A stretch of 64,000 nucleotides of DNA from NCBI GenBank assembly GCA_903934295.1, contig CAIZNI010000013.1, forward strand, positions 38,888 through 102,887. The letters run 5' to 3'. The position numbers and the translations under genes were made by a program. The notes below the pieces were generated by a model, which saw only the letters and a list, made by a program, of their open reading frames with translations, was not told where the DNA came from and searched no databases. The stretch is from an uncultured beta proteobacterium (lineage in GTDB: Bacteria; Pseudomonadota; Gammaproteobacteria; Burkholderiales; Burkholderiaceae_E). Shown one piece after another: positions 1 through 11,487 of this stretch (position 1 is the first letter of the stretch; each line of letters begins with the position of its first letter).

Positions 1-692
1 AGCGAGGTCGCGTGGGGCAGGTGCAGGGTGTCGGACGACAAGTCCTGCAGGCGGTGGGTGCGACCGGCCACGAAGCACCGGCAGACCGCCGGCGAGGCGC
101 CGAACAGATACAGCAGCAGCCAGGAGTGGCGGCGGAAATTGCGGATCAGCCCGAAGTAGGCGGCGTTGCGATAGGCCTCGACGCTGCCGTGGTGTCCGGC
201 CGCCTGCTGCAGCGCGCCCCAGGCGGCGCCCGGCAGCGAGAAGTTGTAGTGGATGCCCGAGATGGTCTGCATGCGCCGCCCGTAGCGGTGTGACAGCCCG
301 TTGCGGTACACCGTCTTGGAGCGCCCGACGTTCGAGTGCCCGTAGCTGCCCAGCGGGATGTCGTGGTCGCTGTCCGGCAGCCGGCAGGGCATGCTGCTGC
401 CCCACATGAGCTCGTCGCCCAGATGCGGGTAGACCGCCTGGTGGATCTGCTGCAGCTCGGCCTCGCAGGCCTGGGCGGTGGTGTGGACGCCGGTGATCAG
501 CTCGAGCTGCGATTCGCTGAAATCGGTGGTGATGTGCGGGTGGGTCAGGGCCGAGCCCAGGCCCGCCGGGTGCGGCGTCAGGGCGAGGGTGCCGTCGCGC
601 GTGGCCCGCAGCCCCTCTTTTTCGATGCCGCGAAGCATGCCGGTCAGCATTCCGGGCGTGAGCGAGCGCAGCAATGAGTCAAGACTGGTCAA
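1..692 (-). CDS. gshA: glutamate--cysteine ligase (gamma-glutamylcysteine synthetase), N-terminal ~230 codons; the gene runs off the left edge of the window
   Basis: Not in the ORF track because there is no stop in the window. My minus-strand translation reads LTSLDSLLRSLTPGMLTGMLRGIEKEGLRATRDGTLALTPHPAGLGSALTHPHITTDFSESQLELITGVHT...MWGSSMPCRLPDSDHDIPLGSYGHSNVGRSKTVYRNGLSHRYGRRMQTISGIHYNFSLPGAAW. This matches the hallmark N-terminal blocks of E. coli-type GshA. The TTG start at 690-692 is inferred and uncertain. Confidence 0.8.
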   Translation of the reverse strand, partial: MTSLDSLLRSLTPGMLTGMLRGIEKEGLRATRDGTLALTPHPAGLGSALTHPHITTDFSESQLELITGVHTTAQACEAELQQIHQAVYPHLGDELMWGSSMPCRLPDSDHDIPLGSYGHSNVGRSKTVYRNGLSHRYGRRMQTISGIHYNFSLPGAAWGALQQAAGHHGSVEAYRNAAYFGLIRNFRRHSWLLLYLFGASPAVCRCFVAGRTHRLQDLSSDTLHLPHATS

Positions 693-806
693 GAAGGTTC
701 CCCAGAGTTCAGGAATGCCTTTTACATCATTCCCGTGTAACGCGTTGCGGGCCGGCGAAAACCGGCCCGGCGGGCGGCGCGCGCACTTTCGTTAGAATCG
801 CTGCCC

Positions 807-2237
807 ATGACCGAGACATCCTGCGGGGTTCGCACCCGATTCGCACCGAGCCCCACCGGCTTTCTTCACATCGGCGGGGCCCGCACCGCGCTCTACGCCT
901 GGGCCTTCGCCCGTCATCACCAGGGCACCTTCATCCTGCGCATCGAGGACACCGATGTCGAGCGTTCGTCGCCCGAGGCGGTGCAGGCGATTCTCGACGG
1001 CATGGCCTGGCTGGGTCTGCCGCCCGATGAAGGACCTTTCTATCAGATGCGCCGGATGGACCGGTACCGTGAAGTCATCGCGCAGATGCTCGAGGCCGGC
1101 ACCGCGTATCGCTGCTGGTGCTCACGCGAGGAACTCGACGCAATGCGCGCCGCCCAGGAGGCCGCCGGCCAGAAGCCGCGCTATGACGGTCGCTGGCGCC
1201 CCGAGCCGGGTCGCACGCTGCCGGCGCCGCCGGTGGGTGCGCCCTCGGTGGTGCGCTTTCGCAATCCGAAGGACGGCGTGGTCGCCTGGGACGACACCGT
1301 CAAGGGTCCGATCGAATTCGCCAACGCCGAACTCGATGACCTCATCATCGCCCGCTCCGACGGCACGCCGACCTACAACTTCTGCGTGGTGGTCGATGAC
1401 TGGGACATGGCCATCACCCACGTGATCCGGGGCGACGACCATGTCAACAACACGCCGCGCCAGATCAACATTCTCGCGGCGCTGGGCGCGACGCTGCCGC
1501 GCTACGGCCATGTGCCGATGATCCACGGTCCCGACGGCCAGAAGCTCTCGAAGCGCCACGGCGCGGTCTCGGTCATGCAGTACCACGCCGAGGGCTACCT
1601 GCCCGAGGCGGTGATCAACTACCTGGCGCGGCTCGGCTGGAGCCATGGCGACGAGGAAATCTTCAGCCGGGCGCAGTTCGTGTCCTGGTTCGACGGCGAA
1701 CACATCAGCCGCTCGCCGGCGCGCTTCGATTTCGACAAGCTGCGCTGGCTGAACAACCATCATCTCAAGGCGATGGCCGATGCCGACATCGCGGCCGACG
1801 TCGCGACCCGGCTGGCGGTTCGAGGCGCGAACGCCGGCGACGCGGCGCACGCCGGAATCGATCTGGCGGCGGTCTGCGGGCTGCTGAAGGATCGTTCGGC
1901 CACGCTGGAAGAGGTCACCGAGTCGGCGATGATGTTCTACCTGGTGCCGCACCTGCATGCGGCCCAACTGGCCGAGGTGATCAAGCCCGAGGTGCGTCCC
2001 GCGCTGGCCGCCTTTGCCGATCTCTGCGCCGACCTGGACTGGACCCGCGAGGCGATCGCAGGCGCGGTCAAGCAGACCGTGGCCGCGCACGGCCTGAAGA
2101 TGCCGCAGTTCGGCATGCCGATGCGCCAGCTGGTGTTCGGGCGTCCCCAGACCCCCGCCCTGGAGGCGGTGCTGGTGCTGATGCCGCGTCAGACGGTCAT
2201 CCAGCGTCTGCGGGCCGGGCTCGCGCACGCCCTCTGA
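807..2237 (+). CDS. gltX: glutamate--tRNA ligase
   Basis: 476-aa ORF. It carries the class I aaRS signatures [22 protein letters not shown] (HIGH region) and KLSKRHG (KMSKS). Confidence 0.95.
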   Translation: MTETSCGVRTRFAPSPTGFLHIGGARTALYAWAFARHHQGTFILRIEDTDVERSSPEAVQAILDGMAWLGLPPDEGPFYQMRRMDRYREVIAQMLEAGTAYRCWCSREELDAMRAAQEAAGQKPRYDGRWRPEPGRTLPAPPVGAPSVVRFRNPKDGVVAWDDTVKGPIEFANAELDDLIIARSDGTPTYNFCVVVDDWDMAITHVIRGDDHVNNTPRQINILAALGATLPRYGHVPMIHGPDGQKLSKRHGAVSVMQYHAEGYLPEAVINYLARLGWSHGDEEIFSRAQFVSWFDGEHISRSPARFDFDKLRWLNNHHLKAMADADIAADVATRLAVRGANAGDAAHAGIDLAAVCGLLKDRSATLEEVTESAMMFYLVPHLHAAQLAEVIKPEVRPALAAFADLCADLDWTREAIAGAVKQTVAAHGLKMPQFGMPMRQLVFGRPQTPALEAVLVLMPRQTVIQRLRAGLAHAL

Positions 2238-2322
2238 GGTCCGCAGGGGCGCCCGGATGCCGGCGCTCCCGCGATCGCCGCGCCGGCGTCTCCCGGCGAT
2301 CTCGGGCGGCGCCGCGCCGTTT

Positions 2323-3321
2323 CTACTCCAGCGTGAGCTTCTGCTGCGCGACCACTTTCCGATAGACCTCGAGTTCGGCCTCGATCTGACGGGCGAACTC
2401 CTCTGGCGAGTTGCCCACCACCAGTGATCCGGTGTCGGCGATGCGTTTGGCCACGCTCGGGTCCTCGAGGGCCTTGCGGGCGGCGGCATTCACCCGTTCG
2501 ACGATCGGGCGCGGTAGCCCCTTGGGGCCGAGCAGTCCGTAGTACGCCATCCGGTTCACCGGCACGAGTCCGACCTCGCTGAAGGTGGGCACGGCGGGCA
2601 GGATCGCCAGGCGCTGCGGCGCTGCCACCACGATCGGAATCAGCCGCCCCTCGCGGATGAACGGGTGAGCCGAGGGCATGTTGTCGAAGATGATCGGCAC
2701 CTGGCCGGCCACGGTGTCGGCCAGCGCCGGGCCGGCGCCGCGGTAGGGAATGTGGGTCATGAAGACCCGGGTCAGCGACTTGAACAGCTCGGTCTGCAGG
2801 TGGCCGATCCCGCCGGTGCCCGAGCTCGAATAGGAATACTTGCCCGGGTTGCGACGCAGCACTTCCAGGAAGGTCTTGTAGTCGCGGGCGGGGAACGACG
2901 GGTGGACCGCGATCACGTTCGGGGTCGCCGCCAGATTGATGATCGGCACGAAGTCGGTGAGCGGGTTGTAGGGGATTTTCGGATTGATCGCCGGATTGGT
3001 GGCGGTGGTCGAGACGGTGGCCATGCCCAGCGTGTAGCCGTCGGGTGCCGCGCGGATCATCTCGACCGCGCCCACCACGCCGCCGCCGCCAGCCTTGTTT
3101 TCGACCACCACCGACTGGCCCAGGTTGTCGCGCAGCTTCTCGGCGACGACCCGCGCCACGATGTCGGTCGTGCCGCCCGGGGCAAAGGGCACGATCAGCT
3201 TGATCGGCCGGGTCGGATAGGTGGACTGGGCGAACGCGGCCAGGGGCAGCGCCGACGCGGCTCCGGTGGCGGCGATCGACCCAAGGACTCGGCGGCGGGA
3301 ATGGGTGATATTGGTCATCAA
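2323..3321 (-). CDS. Bug-family (TctC-like) tripartite tricarboxylate transporter periplasmic substrate-binding protein
   Basis: 332-aa ORF. N-terminal twin-arginine-type signal [24 protein letters not shown], followed by the typical Bug start [29 protein letters not shown]. Confidence 0.85.
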   Translation of the reverse strand: MMTNITHSRRRVLGSIAATGAASALPLAAFAQSTYPTRPIKLIVPFAPGGTTDIVARVVAEKLRDNLGQSVVVENKAGGGGVVGAVEMIRAAPDGYTLGMATVSTTATNPAINPKIPYNPLTDFVPIINLAATPNVIAVHPSFPARDYKTFLEVLRRNPGKYSYSSSGTGGIGHLQTELFKSLTRVFMTHIPYRGAGPALADTVAGQVPIIFDNMPSAHPFIREGRLIPIVVAAPQRLAILPAVPTFSEVGLVPVNRMAYYGLLGPKGLPRPIVERVNAAARKALEDPSVAKRIADTGSLVVGNSPEEFARQIEAELEVYRKVVAQQKLTLE

Positions 3322-3431
3322 TGCCTCTGTCGATTCGGCCCGTTTGCGATCTCCGGGCCATCCGGCCGTTCGATGCGCCCGATCGGGCGATAAAATGGGA
3401 GTTCAGTCAACCAGCGGGTGATTCTACTTTC

Positions 3432-4532
3432 ATGTCGGGCAACAGCTTCGGTCTCCTCTTTTGCGTCACCACTTTTGGCGAGTCGCACGGCCCGGCCATC
3501 GGCTGCGTGGTCGATGGCTGCCCGCCCGGCCTCGTTTTGTCCGAGGCCGACATCCAGCCTGAACTCGACCGGCGTCGGCCGGGTACCTCGCGCCATGTCA
3601 CCCAGCGCCAGGAAGCCGACCGGGTCGAGATCCTGTCGGGCGTGTTCGAGGGGCGCACGACCGGTACGCCGATCGCGCTGCTGATCCGCAACGAGGACGC
3701 GCGCAGCAAGGACTACGGCAATCTCGCCAGCACCTTTCGCCCCGGTCATGCCGACTACACCTACTGGCACAAGTACGGTGTGCGTGACCATCGCGGCGGC
3801 GGGCGTTCATCGGCCCGGCTGACCGCGCCGGCGGTGGCTGCAGCAGCGATCGCGCGCAAGTGGCTGGCCGAGCATCACGGCACTCGCATCCGCGGGCACA
3901 TGTCGCAGCTGGGCGACGTGCCGATTCCCTTCGAATCCTGGGACGAGGTGCCGCGCAACCCGTTCTTCGCGCCCAACGCCACGATCATCGATCGCCTCGA
4001 GGCGTACATGGACGACCTGCGTCGCAGCGGCGATTCCTGTGGCGCCCGCATCGAGGTGGTCGCCGACGGCATCCCGCCGGGCTGGGGCGAGCCGTTGTTC
4101 GACAAGCTCGACGCCGACATCGCCCACGCGATGATGGGCATCAATGCGGTCAAGGGGGTCGAGATCGGCGCCGGATTCGCCAGCGTCGCCCAGCGCGGCA
4201 GCCAGCATGGCGATGAACTCACCCCCGAGGGCTTCATCAGCAATCATTCCGGCGGCGTACTGGGCGGCATCTCTACCGGGCAGCCGCTGCGGGTTGCGAT
4301 CGCGATCAAGCCGACGTCGAGCATTCGCACCGAGCGGCGCTCGGTCGACCAGCAAGGCAGCCCGGTGATGGTCCAGACGCTGGGACGTCACGATCCCTGC
4401 GTCGGCATCCGCGCCACGCCGATCGCCGAGGCGATGCTCGCGCTGGTCCTGATGGATCACGCGCTGCGCCATCGGGCCCAGAACGCCGATGTGCGGGTCG
4501 CCTCGCCGGCCATCCCGGGGCTGGCACCCTGA
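3432..4532 (+). CDS. aroC: chorismate synthase
   Basis: The ORF-track frame 3321..4532 contains the conserved AroC start [33 protein letters not shown] at the ATG at 3432. The 37 upstream codons are non-conserved and overlap the divergent promoter region. Confidence 0.93.
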   Translation: MSGNSFGLLFCVTTFGESHGPAIGCVVDGCPPGLVLSEADIQPELDRRRPGTSRHVTQRQEADRVEILSGVFEGRTTGTPIALLIRNEDARSKDYGNLASTFRPGHADYTYWHKYGVRDHRGGGRSSARLTAPAVAAAAIARKWLAEHHGTRIRGHMSQLGDVPIPFESWDEVPRNPFFAPNATIIDRLEAYMDDLRRSGDSCGARIEVVADGIPPGWGEPLFDKLDADIAHAMMGINAVKGVEIGAGFASVAQRGSQHGDELTPEGFISNHSGGVLGGISTGQPLRVAIAIKPTSSIRTERRSVDQQGSPVMVQTLGRHDPCVGIRATPIAEAMLALVLMDHALRHRAQNADVRVASPAIPGLAP

Positions 4533-4606
4533 CACCCGCCGGCGCGGGGCCGGGCGACGGCGCAGAGGGAAGCCGGGAGGGGGTCGGGAAGGACGCAGCA
4601 GCCCGC

Positions 4607-5920
4607 GTGTCGCCCGCGGTCACCGAGGCGGGCGCCCGTCGCCAGGCCGAGTTCGACGTCAAGTCCCTGTTCTTCGCTTATTTCTCGCTGGTCGGCGCAA
4701 TGTCGCCCTACCTCGGGCTCTATTTCGCCGACTGGGGCCTGTCGATCAGCCAGATCAGCCTGCTGCTGGCGATGCCGCAGCTGATGCGGGTGGTCGCGCC
4801 GCCGTTCTGGGGCGCCTGGGCCGATCGCAGCGCGAAGCGGGCCGGGCTGCTGCGCATCAGCGCCCTGGGCACGCTGCTGGCCGTCGGTCTGATCGCGCTG
4901 GCCCGCGGCCATTACGGCTGGTTGCTGCCGCTGGTCTGCCTGCTCTATTTCTTCACCGCCGCCCAGGGGCCGATCGCCGAATCGATGGCACTGGCGGCGG
5001 CGCGCGGCGAAGCGGGTGTCTATGGCCGCATGCGCCAGTGGGGGTCGATCGGCTTCATCCTGGCGGTGGCGGCCGCCGGTCCGCTGCTCGACTGGCTGGG
5101 GGTGCGCTGGCTGGTCGCGCTGCTGGCGCTGCTGGCCCTCGGCGTGCTGGGCGTTTCCTGGCGGGTCGCCCGCCGGGCGGTGCCGGTGGTCGCATCGGCC
5201 GTGGCCCGCGGGACCGAAGGCGCGACCGCTCCCCCCGGCCCGTCCTCTCCCCCCGGCGCGACCGCTCCCCTGGGCGCGACCGCTCCCCCCGGTGCGTCGG
5301 CATCGCCCCGCCCGATCTGGCGGCGCCTGCGCGAGCCCCGTCTGGCGCTGTTCTTTCTGTCCTGTGCGCTGATGATGTTCGCCCACGCGGCCCTGTACGC
5401 GTTCTACTCGCTCTATCTCGATCGCCACGGTTACGCCAAGACCTGGATCGGCGCCGTCTGGACCCTGGGCGTCATCGCCGAGATCGCGCTGTTTCGCTGG
5501 CAGCACGGGCTGTTCGCGCGCTTCGGCGCGCTGTCGCTGCTGGCGTTCAGCATGGCGGTCGCGGCGCTGCGTTTCGCCCTGATCGGCTGGGGCGACGGTC
5601 ACTGGGCGATCGTGCTGGTGTCGCAGCTGATGCACGCCGTCACCTTCGGGGTGCATCACAGCGCGTCGATGGCCCTGCTGCATCAGTGGTTCGCGCCGGG
5701 CGAGCAGGGCAGGGCGCAGGCGCTCTATGCGACGCTTGCCTACGGCGTCGGTGGGTCCGCTGGCGGTTTGGCCGCCGGCTGGTGGTGGGAGCAGGTTTCG
5801 CCAGCCTGGGCTTTCTATTGCGCGGCAATCGCTGCGGCGCTTGGCTGGCTGGCGGTGGCAGCCAGCCAGCGCTTCGAGTACGCTGAAACGCCCACCAACG
5901 TCCGCTCCGGGACCCGATGA
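4607..5920 (+). CDS. MFS transporter (HcaT/MFS_1-like, about 12 TM segments)
   Basis: 437-aa hydrophobic ORF with a GTG start. The N-terminus FFAYFSLVGAMSPYLGLYFADWGLS resembles the HcaT-like MFS subfamily. The central loop carries a short repeat. Substrate unknown. Confidence 0.7.
   Translation: MSPAVTEAGARRQAEFDVKSLFFAYFSLVGAMSPYLGLYFADWGLSISQISLLLAMPQLMRVVAPPFWGAWADRSAKRAGLLRISALGTLLAVGLIALARGHYGWLLPLVCLLYFFTAAQGPIAESMALAAARGEAGVYGRMRQWGSIGFILAVAAAGPLLDWLGVRWLVALLALLALGVLGVSWRVARRAVPVVASAVARGTEGATAPPGPSSPPGATAPLGATAPPGASASPRPIWRRLREPRLALFFLSCALMMFAHAALYAFYSLYLDRHGYAKTWIGAVWTLGVIAEIALFRWQHGLFARFGALSLLAFSMAVAALRFALIGWGDGHWAIVLVSQLMHAVTFGVHHSASMALLHQWFAPGEQGRAQALYATLAYGVGGSAGGLAAGWWWEQVSPAWAFYCAAIAAALGWLAVAASQRFEYAETPTNVRSGTR
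5222..5293 (+). repeat. 18-bp x4 in-frame tandem repeat (ATAPPG/PSSPPG/ATAPLG/ATAPPG) in the central loop of the MFS transporter
   Basis: Units GCGACCGCTCCCCCCGGC / CCGTCCTCTCCCCCCGGC / GCGACCGCTCCCCTGGGC / GCGACCGCTCCCCCCGGT read directly from the sequence. Confidence 0.85.
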
Positions 5921-6822
5921 CCGCCTTGCCCAAGCCCTTCCTCCCGCGCCTGCCGATGACCGTCACGGTCAGCCGGCGTGCGCTGGTCAGCGCCGCCTCG
6001 CTGGGGCTCGGACTGGGCGCGACGGTCGCGCTCTCGGGTTGCATCGCGCCAGCGGGACTGGGGCCGGGTCTGTCGCCGCTGGACCGGCGGACGATGCCGA
6101 CGGTGATGATCGACTCGATCACCCCCCTTCAATTGACGCGGGCCAGCGATCTCGCGTGGCAGACCTTGCTGGCGCGGGGCCCGATCGCCGATGCGGGGCT
6201 GCTCGAGCGACTCGCCCGCGTGGCCTCGCGCCTGCGGGCGGGGGCGGTGGCGGTCGACCCCTCGGTCGCTGGCTGGCGCGACGAGGTCCTGGTGGTGCCC
6301 GGTTCCGGTCCCGATGCCTGGTGTCTGCCGGGCGGGCGCTGCGCGATCACGCCGGCGATGGCAGCGCTGGGCACCCGCCCCGGCGAGGCGAATCCCGATG
6401 CGGTGCTCGCGGTCGCCCTGGCGCATGAGATGGCTCACCTGATCCGCGATCATCCGCGGGAGCGGATCGCACGGGCGCGCGCCGACGGTCTGGCCGACGA
6501 GGCGGCCGTGCTGCTGTCGCATCCCCACGACCGTGTCCACGAGGACGAGGCCGATCGCCTGGCGATGGAACTCCTGGCGCGCGCCGGCTTCGATCCGGGG
6601 CTGGCGCTCGGGTTCTGGTCCAGGGCGCTGACCGGCGCGCTGGCGGTTCCCGCCCCCGCTGTCCCGCGCTGGCAAACGTGGCTGCCCGCGGCGACGCCGG
6701 CAGCGGTTCGGGCCGATCCCTTCGCGGCTCGCCATCCCTCGCACCCGGGCCGCCTGGCGGATCTGGACCGTTATGCCGTTCGGCTGCAGCCCCTGGTGGT
6801 TCCCGAGACGGTCAGACGGTGA
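5917..6822 (+). CDS. M48-family zinc metallopeptidase, predicted lipoprotein
   Basis: 301-aa ORF. Lipobox-like LGATVALSGC near the N-terminus and an HEXXH motif (ALAHEMAHLIRDH). The ATG overlaps the stop of the upstream MFS gene (ATGA). Confidence 0.7.
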   Translation: MTALPKPFLPRLPMTVTVSRRALVSAASLGLGLGATVALSGCIAPAGLGPGLSPLDRRTMPTVMIDSITPLQLTRASDLAWQTLLARGPIADAGLLERLARVASRLRAGAVAVDPSVAGWRDEVLVVPGSGPDAWCLPGGRCAITPAMAALGTRPGEANPDAVLAVALAHEMAHLIRDHPRERIARARADGLADEAAVLLSHPHDRVHEDEADRLAMELLARAGFDPGLALGFWSRALTGALAVPAPAVPRWQTWLPAATPAAVRADPFAARHPSHPGRLADLDRYAVRLQPLVVPETVRR

Positions 6823-6886
6823 GGTGCGTGGCATAATCGAAGGTTCCGGAAAACCCTGAGGCGGCCGTTTGTGCCGTGTGCCTGAG

Positions 6887-8308
6887 ATGTCCATTCTTGC
6901 CCGCACGCTCTATGACAAGCTTTGGGATGACCATGTGGTCCATCGCGAAGAAGACGGCACCTGCCTGCTCTACATCGACCGTCACCTCGTCCACGAGGTG
7001 ACGAGTCCGCAGGCCTTCGAAGGCCTGCGGGTCGCCGGCCGTCAGCCCTGGCGCACCTCCTCCGTGGTGGCCACCGCCGACCACAACACGCCCACCACCG
7101 GCTGGGAGCGGGGCATCGAAGGCATCGAGGACCTGACCTCGCGCGAGCAGGTGGTGACCCTGGACCGCAACATCCGCGAATTCGCGATCGGCAGCTACTT
7201 CCCGTTCCTCGACCAGCGCCAGGGCATCGTGCATGTGATCGGCCCGGAACAGGGGGCGACGCTGCCGGGCATGACGGTGGTCTGCGGCGACTCGCACACC
7301 AGCACCCACGGCGCGCTCGGTTGTCTGGCATTCGGCATCGGCACCTCCGAGGTCGAGCATGTGCTGGCCACCCAGTGTCTGGTGGCCAAGAAGATGAAGA
7401 ACATGCTGGTCGAGGTCGAGGGTGCCCTGCCCAGGGGCGTCACCGCCAAGGATCTGGTGCTCGCGGTGATCGGGCGCATCGGCACGGCCGGGGGCACCGG
7501 CTATGCCATCGAATTCGGCGGCAGCGCCATCCGCTCGCTCTCGGTCGAAGGCCGGATGACGGTGTGCAACATGGCCATCGAGGCCGGCGCCCGCTCGGGA
7601 ATGGTCGCCGTCGACGACATCACGCTCGCCTACCTGAAGGGCCGTCCGCTGGCGCCGTCTGGCGCCGACTGGGATCGCGCGCTGCTGCAATGGCGTTCGC
7701 TGCAATCCGATCCCGGCGCCCGCTTCGATCTGGTCGTGCGGCTCGACGCTGCCGAGATCCGTCCGCAGGTCACCTGGGGCACCTCGCCCGAGATGGTGGT
7801 GGCGATCGACGACCGCGTTCCCGATCCCGATCGCGAAAAGGACCCGGTGCGCCGTGAAGGCATGGAGCGCGCGCTGCAATACATGGGCCTCACGCCCAAC
7901 ACGCCGATCGAGAACATCCGCCTGGACAAGGTGTTCATCGGCTCGTGCACGAACTCTCGCATCGAAGACCTGCGCGCGGCGGCGGTGGTGGTGCGCGGGC
8001 GCCGCAAGGCGGACTCGGTCCGGCTGGCGATGGTGGTACCCGGTTCGGGTCAGGTAAAGCGTCAGGCCGAGGCCGAAGGCCTGGACCGGATCTTCCTGGA
8101 TGCCGGTTTCGAGTGGCGCGAGCCGGGCTGTTCGATGTGCCTGGCGATGAATGCCGACCGACTGGAGCCGGGCGAGCGCTGCGCGGCCACCTCGAACCGC
8201 AATTTCGAGGGTCGTCAGGGCACCGGCGGACGCACCCACCTGGTCAGTCCCGCGATGGCGGCTGCGGCGGCGGTCGCCGGCCATTTCGTCGACGTTCGGC
8301 GTTTCTGA
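6887..8308 (+). CDS. leuC: 3-isopropylmalate dehydratase large subunit
   Basis: Conserved start [18 protein letters not shown] at the ATG at 6887, in the frame of track ORF 6869..8308. Aconitase-family Fe-S motifs GSCTNSR and CSMCLAMN are present. Confidence 0.95.
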   Translation: MSILARTLYDKLWDDHVVHREEDGTCLLYIDRHLVHEVTSPQAFEGLRVAGRQPWRTSSVVATADHNTPTTGWERGIEGIEDLTSREQVVTLDRNIREFAIGSYFPFLDQRQGIVHVIGPEQGATLPGMTVVCGDSHTSTHGALGCLAFGIGTSEVEHVLATQCLVAKKMKNMLVEVEGALPRGVTAKDLVLAVIGRIGTAGGTGYAIEFGGSAIRSLSVEGRMTVCNMAIEAGARSGMVAVDDITLAYLKGRPLAPSGADWDRALLQWRSLQSDPGARFDLVVRLDAAEIRPQVTWGTSPEMVVAIDDRVPDPDREKDPVRREGMERALQYMGLTPNTPIENIRLDKVFIGSCTNSRIEDLRAAAVVVRGRRKADSVRLAMVVPGSGQVKRQAEAEGLDRIFLDAGFEWREPGCSMCLAMNADRLEPGERCAATSNRNFEGRQGTGGRTHLVSPAMAAAAAVAGHFVDVRRF

Positions 8309-8323
8309 AGAAGGCGCGCTCCC

Positions 8324-8977
8324 ATGCAACCGCTTACCGTTCACCGCGGCCTGGTCGCGCCGCTCGATCGTGCCAATGTCGACACCGACGCGATCATCCC
8401 GAAGCAGTTCCTGAAATCGGTCAAGCGCACCGGTTTCGGTCCGAACCTGTTCGACGAGTGGCGCTATCTCGATCGCGGCGAGCCCGGTATCGACAACAGC
8501 CGGCGCCCGCTCAACCCCGATTTTTCGCTGAATCAGGCCCGCTTCAAGGGGGCCTCCGTCCTCATCGCCCGCAAGAATTTCGGCTGCGGCTCCTCGCGCG
8601 AGCACGCGCCCTGGGCGCTCGAGGACTACGGCTTCCGGGTCATCATCGCCCCTTCGTTCGCCGACATCTTCTTCAACAACTGCTTCAAGAACGGCGTGCT
8701 GCCGGTTCGCCTCACCGAATCCGAGGTCGATCGCCTGTTCCACGAGGTCAATGCCTTTCCCGGGTTCGAACTGGTGGTCAATCTGCCCGAGCAGTTCGTC
8801 TCGACCCAGGACGGGGCGCAGCGGTTTTCCTTTGATGTCGATCCGTTTCGCAAATTCTGTCTCGTCAACGGCTTCGACGAAATCGGCCTGACCCTGCGCC
8901 ATGCCGACAAGATCCGCGAATACGAAGCGCGCCGCCTGGCCGCCCAGCCCTGGCTCTCCAAGACCCTGGCGAGCTGA
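8324..8977 (+). CDS. leuD: 3-isopropylmalate dehydratase small subunit
   Basis: 217-aa ORF with [15 protein letters not shown] and the typical LeuD N-terminus ([25 protein letters not shown]). Confidence 0.95.
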   Translation: MQPLTVHRGLVAPLDRANVDTDAIIPKQFLKSVKRTGFGPNLFDEWRYLDRGEPGIDNSRRPLNPDFSLNQARFKGASVLIARKNFGCGSSREHAPWALEDYGFRVIIAPSFADIFFNNCFKNGVLPVRLTESEVDRLFHEVNAFPGFELVVNLPEQFVSTQDGAQRFSFDVDPFRKFCLVNGFDEIGLTLRHADKIREYEARRLAAQPWLSKTLAS

Positions 8978-9070
8978 ACCCGACCGCTCCCGGCGGCCTG
9001 CCGCCTCAGGCCGGCCCCCGGGTCGGCCCCCGGCGCGATGCACGCGCGCCCCAGACAAAGGTATTTCCCC

Positions 9071-10138
9071 ATGAAGATTGCCGTTCTTCCCGGTGATGGC
9101 ATCGGTCCCGAGATCACCGCCCAGGCGGTCCGCGTGCTTCAGACCCTGTCGCGCGACGGTCTGCACATCGAACTCGAGACTGCCCTGGTGGGCGGCGCTG
9201 CCTTCGACGCCAGCGGCGACCCGCTGCCGGCGGCCACGATCGCGGTCTGCGAATCGGCCGATGCAATCCTGTTCGGTGCGGTCGGCGGCCCCCAGTACGA
9301 CACGCTGCCGCGTGCACAACGTCCCGAGCAGGGTCTGCTGCGCCTGCGCAAGCATTTCGACCTGTTCGCCAACCTGCGTCCGGCCATCGTCTATCCCGAA
9401 CTCGCGCACGCCTCGACGCTGCGTGCCGAGGTGGTGGCCGGGCTCGACCTGCTCATCCTTCGCGAACTGACCGGCGACATCTACTTCGGTCAGCCGCGCG
9501 GCATCCGCATCAACGAGGCCGGCGAGCGCGAAGGCTTCGACACCATGCGCTATTCCGAGTCCGAGATCCGGCGCATCGCCCACACCGCGTTCCAGGCGGC
9601 GCGCAAGCGGGCCGGCCGCGTCTGTTCGGTGGACAAGGCCAATGTGCTCGAGACCACCCAGCTGTGGCGCGATGTGGTCACCGAGGTCCATCAGGAATAC
9701 ACCGATGTCGCGCTGACCCACATGTACGTGGACAACGCCGCGATGCAGTTGATCCGCAACCCCAAGCAGTTCGACGTCATCGTGACCGGCAACATGTTCG
9801 GCGACATCCTGTCCGACGAAGCCTCGATGCTGACCGGCTCGATCGGCATGCTGCCGTCGGCCTCGCTGAACGCGCGCGGATTCGGTCTGTACGAGCCGAT
9901 CCATGGCTCGGCACCCGACATCGCGGGCAAGGAGCTGGCCAATCCGCTGGCGACCATCCTCTCGACCGCGATGCTGCTGCGCTATTCGCTCGATCAGGCC
10001 GGCGCCGCCGACCGGATCGAGGCCGCGGTCCGTCAGGTGCTGGCCAAGGGATTGCGCACGGCCGACATCGCCCAAGCCGGCGAAGCCACGGTGGGTACCC
10101 GCGCCATGGGCGATGCGGTGATCGCCGCACTGGGCTGA
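9071..10138 (+). CDS. leuB: 3-isopropylmalate dehydrogenase
   Basis: Conserved start [15 protein letters not shown] at the ATG at 9071, in the frame of track ORF 9038..10138. [26 protein letters not shown] motif present. Confidence 0.95.
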   Translation: MKIAVLPGDGIGPEITAQAVRVLQTLSRDGLHIELETALVGGAAFDASGDPLPAATIAVCESADAILFGAVGGPQYDTLPRAQRPEQGLLRLRKHFDLFANLRPAIVYPELAHASTLRAEVVAGLDLLILRELTGDIYFGQPRGIRINEAGEREGFDTMRYSESEIRRIAHTAFQAARKRAGRVCSVDKANVLETTQLWRDVVTEVHQEYTDVALTHMYVDNAAMQLIRNPKQFDVIVTGNMFGDILSDEASMLTGSIGMLPSASLNARGFGLYEPIHGSAPDIAGKELANPLATILSTAMLLRYSLDQAGAADRIEAAVRQVLAKGLRTADIAQAGEATVGTRAMGDAVIAALG

Positions 10139-10192
10139 GTCGCACCCGCTGCGCGGGCAGCCGCGCTGTGAATGGAGAGTGAAATCATGACA

Positions 10193-11299
10193 ATGAAAGT
10201 CGGGATGGTGGGCTGGCGCGGGATGGTCGGCTCGGTGCTGATGCAGCGCATGCAGCAGGAAAACGATTTCGCGCTGATCGATCCGGTGTTCTTCAGCACC
10301 TCGAATGCGGGCGGTGCCGCGCCGCTGGGCGGCGAACCGCTGCAGGACGCGATGTCGATCGACGCCCTGAGCCGCATGGATGTGGTCCTCACCTGCCAGG
10401 GCGGGGACTACACCGCCGAGGTGTTCCCCCTGCTGCGCCAGGCGGGCTGGAACGGCTACTGGATCGATGCCGCCTCGACCTTGCGCATGAAGGACGACGC
10501 GATCATCATCCTCGATCCGCTGAACCGTCATGTGATCGACGACGCGCTGTCGCGCGGCGTGCGCAACTACATCGGCGGCAACTGCACCGTCAGCCTGATG
10601 ATGATGGCCCTGAACGGGCTGCTGCGCGAAGGCCTGGTCGAGTGGATCAGCGCGATGACCTATCAGGCGGCGTCGGGCGCCGGCGCCCAGAACATGCGCG
10701 AACTGCTCGCCCAGATGGGCGCTGCCCACGGTGCGGTTTCGGGCCTGCTGGCCGACCCCGGCTCTGCGATTCTGGACATCGATGCGCAGGTGGCTCGCAC
10801 CCTGCGCGCGGACGCCTTCCCGACCGAGAACTTCGGCGTGGCGCTCGCCGGCAGCCTGATTCCCTGGATCGACAAGGACCTGGGCAACGGCATGTCGCGC
10901 GAGGAATGGAAGGGCGATGCCGAGTGCAACAAGATCCTGGGCCAGCCGTCTTCCGGGCCTGGCCATGTGCCGGTCGAGAGCCTTTGTGTGCGGATCGGCG
11001 CGATGCGCTGCCACAGCCAGGCGCTCACCATCAAGCTGCGTCAGGATCTGCCGCTGGCCGAGATCGAGTCGCTGGTGGCCTCGGCCAATCCCTGGGTTCG
11101 GCTGATCCCGAACACCCGCGAGGCCAGCATCCGTGACCTGACCCCGGCGGCGGTGACCGGGCGTCTCGAGGTGCCGATCGGGCGGATGCGCAAGCTGGCG
11201 CTGGGCGAGGGCTATCTCAGTGCGTTCACCGTCGGCGACCAGTTGCTCTGGGGGGCGGCCGAACCGCTGCGCCGGATGCTGCGCATTCTAGTCGACTGA
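10193..11299 (+). CDS. asd: aspartate-semialdehyde dehydrogenase
   Basis: [20 protein letters not shown] is the classic Asd N-terminus. The active-site region [13 protein letters not shown] is present. An ATG at 10187 is also possible. Confidence 0.95.
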   Translation: MKVGMVGWRGMVGSVLMQRMQQENDFALIDPVFFSTSNAGGAAPLGGEPLQDAMSIDALSRMDVVLTCQGGDYTAEVFPLLRQAGWNGYWIDAASTLRMKDDAIIILDPLNRHVIDDALSRGVRNYIGGNCTVSLMMMALNGLLREGLVEWISAMTYQAASGAGAQNMRELLAQMGAAHGAVSGLLADPGSAILDIDAQVARTLRADAFPTENFGVALAGSLIPWIDKDLGNGMSREEWKGDAECNKILGQPSSGPGHVPVESLCVRIGAMRCHSQALTIKLRQDLPLAEIESLVASANPWVRLIPNTREASIRDLTPAAVTGRLEVPIGRMRKLALGEGYLSAFTVGDQLLWGAAEPLRRMLRILVD

Positions 11300-11487
11300 C
11301 CGTTCATCTGCGCCCCGACCGTTCATCGGTTCGGCGCGGGGTGCTGCACCGTTATCTGGCGTCTGGCCAGTGTGATAAAAGCCCGTCTGGCCGGGCGTCC
11401 GGGCCACTGGTCGATTGCCCGTCCCTGTTGTTGTCGGGTGGTCTTGACTCTTGTTGTTTCATGTGAGCTTGCCTCGGTAAGTGGCTG

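Noticed and set aside
12-1030. Several plus-strand ORFs of 93-118 aa at the left edge of the window.
   Set aside because: They overlap the minus-strand gshA reading frame, whose translation matches conserved glutamate-cysteine ligase blocks. The plus-strand products are low-complexity.
6812-11014. A 1400-aa uninterrupted minus-strand ORF spanning the antisense of leuC, leuD, leuB and asd.
   Set aside because: The sense strand encodes four highly conserved enzymes with textbook motifs. The antisense product is low-complexity and rich in R, G, A, H and D, with no recognisable domain. In very GC-rich genomes the codon-aligned antisense frame is nearly stop-free, because its stops correspond to the rare sense codons TTA, CTA and TCA. 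It is striking in length but is a compositional artefact.
11298-11345. A putative rho-independent terminator after asd (GACCGTTCATC direct repeat and GC-rich imperfect hairpin CCCCGACCG...CGGTTCGGCGCGGGG).
   Set aside because: The stem is interrupted by bulges and is not followed by a T-tract, so I could not support it as a terminator.
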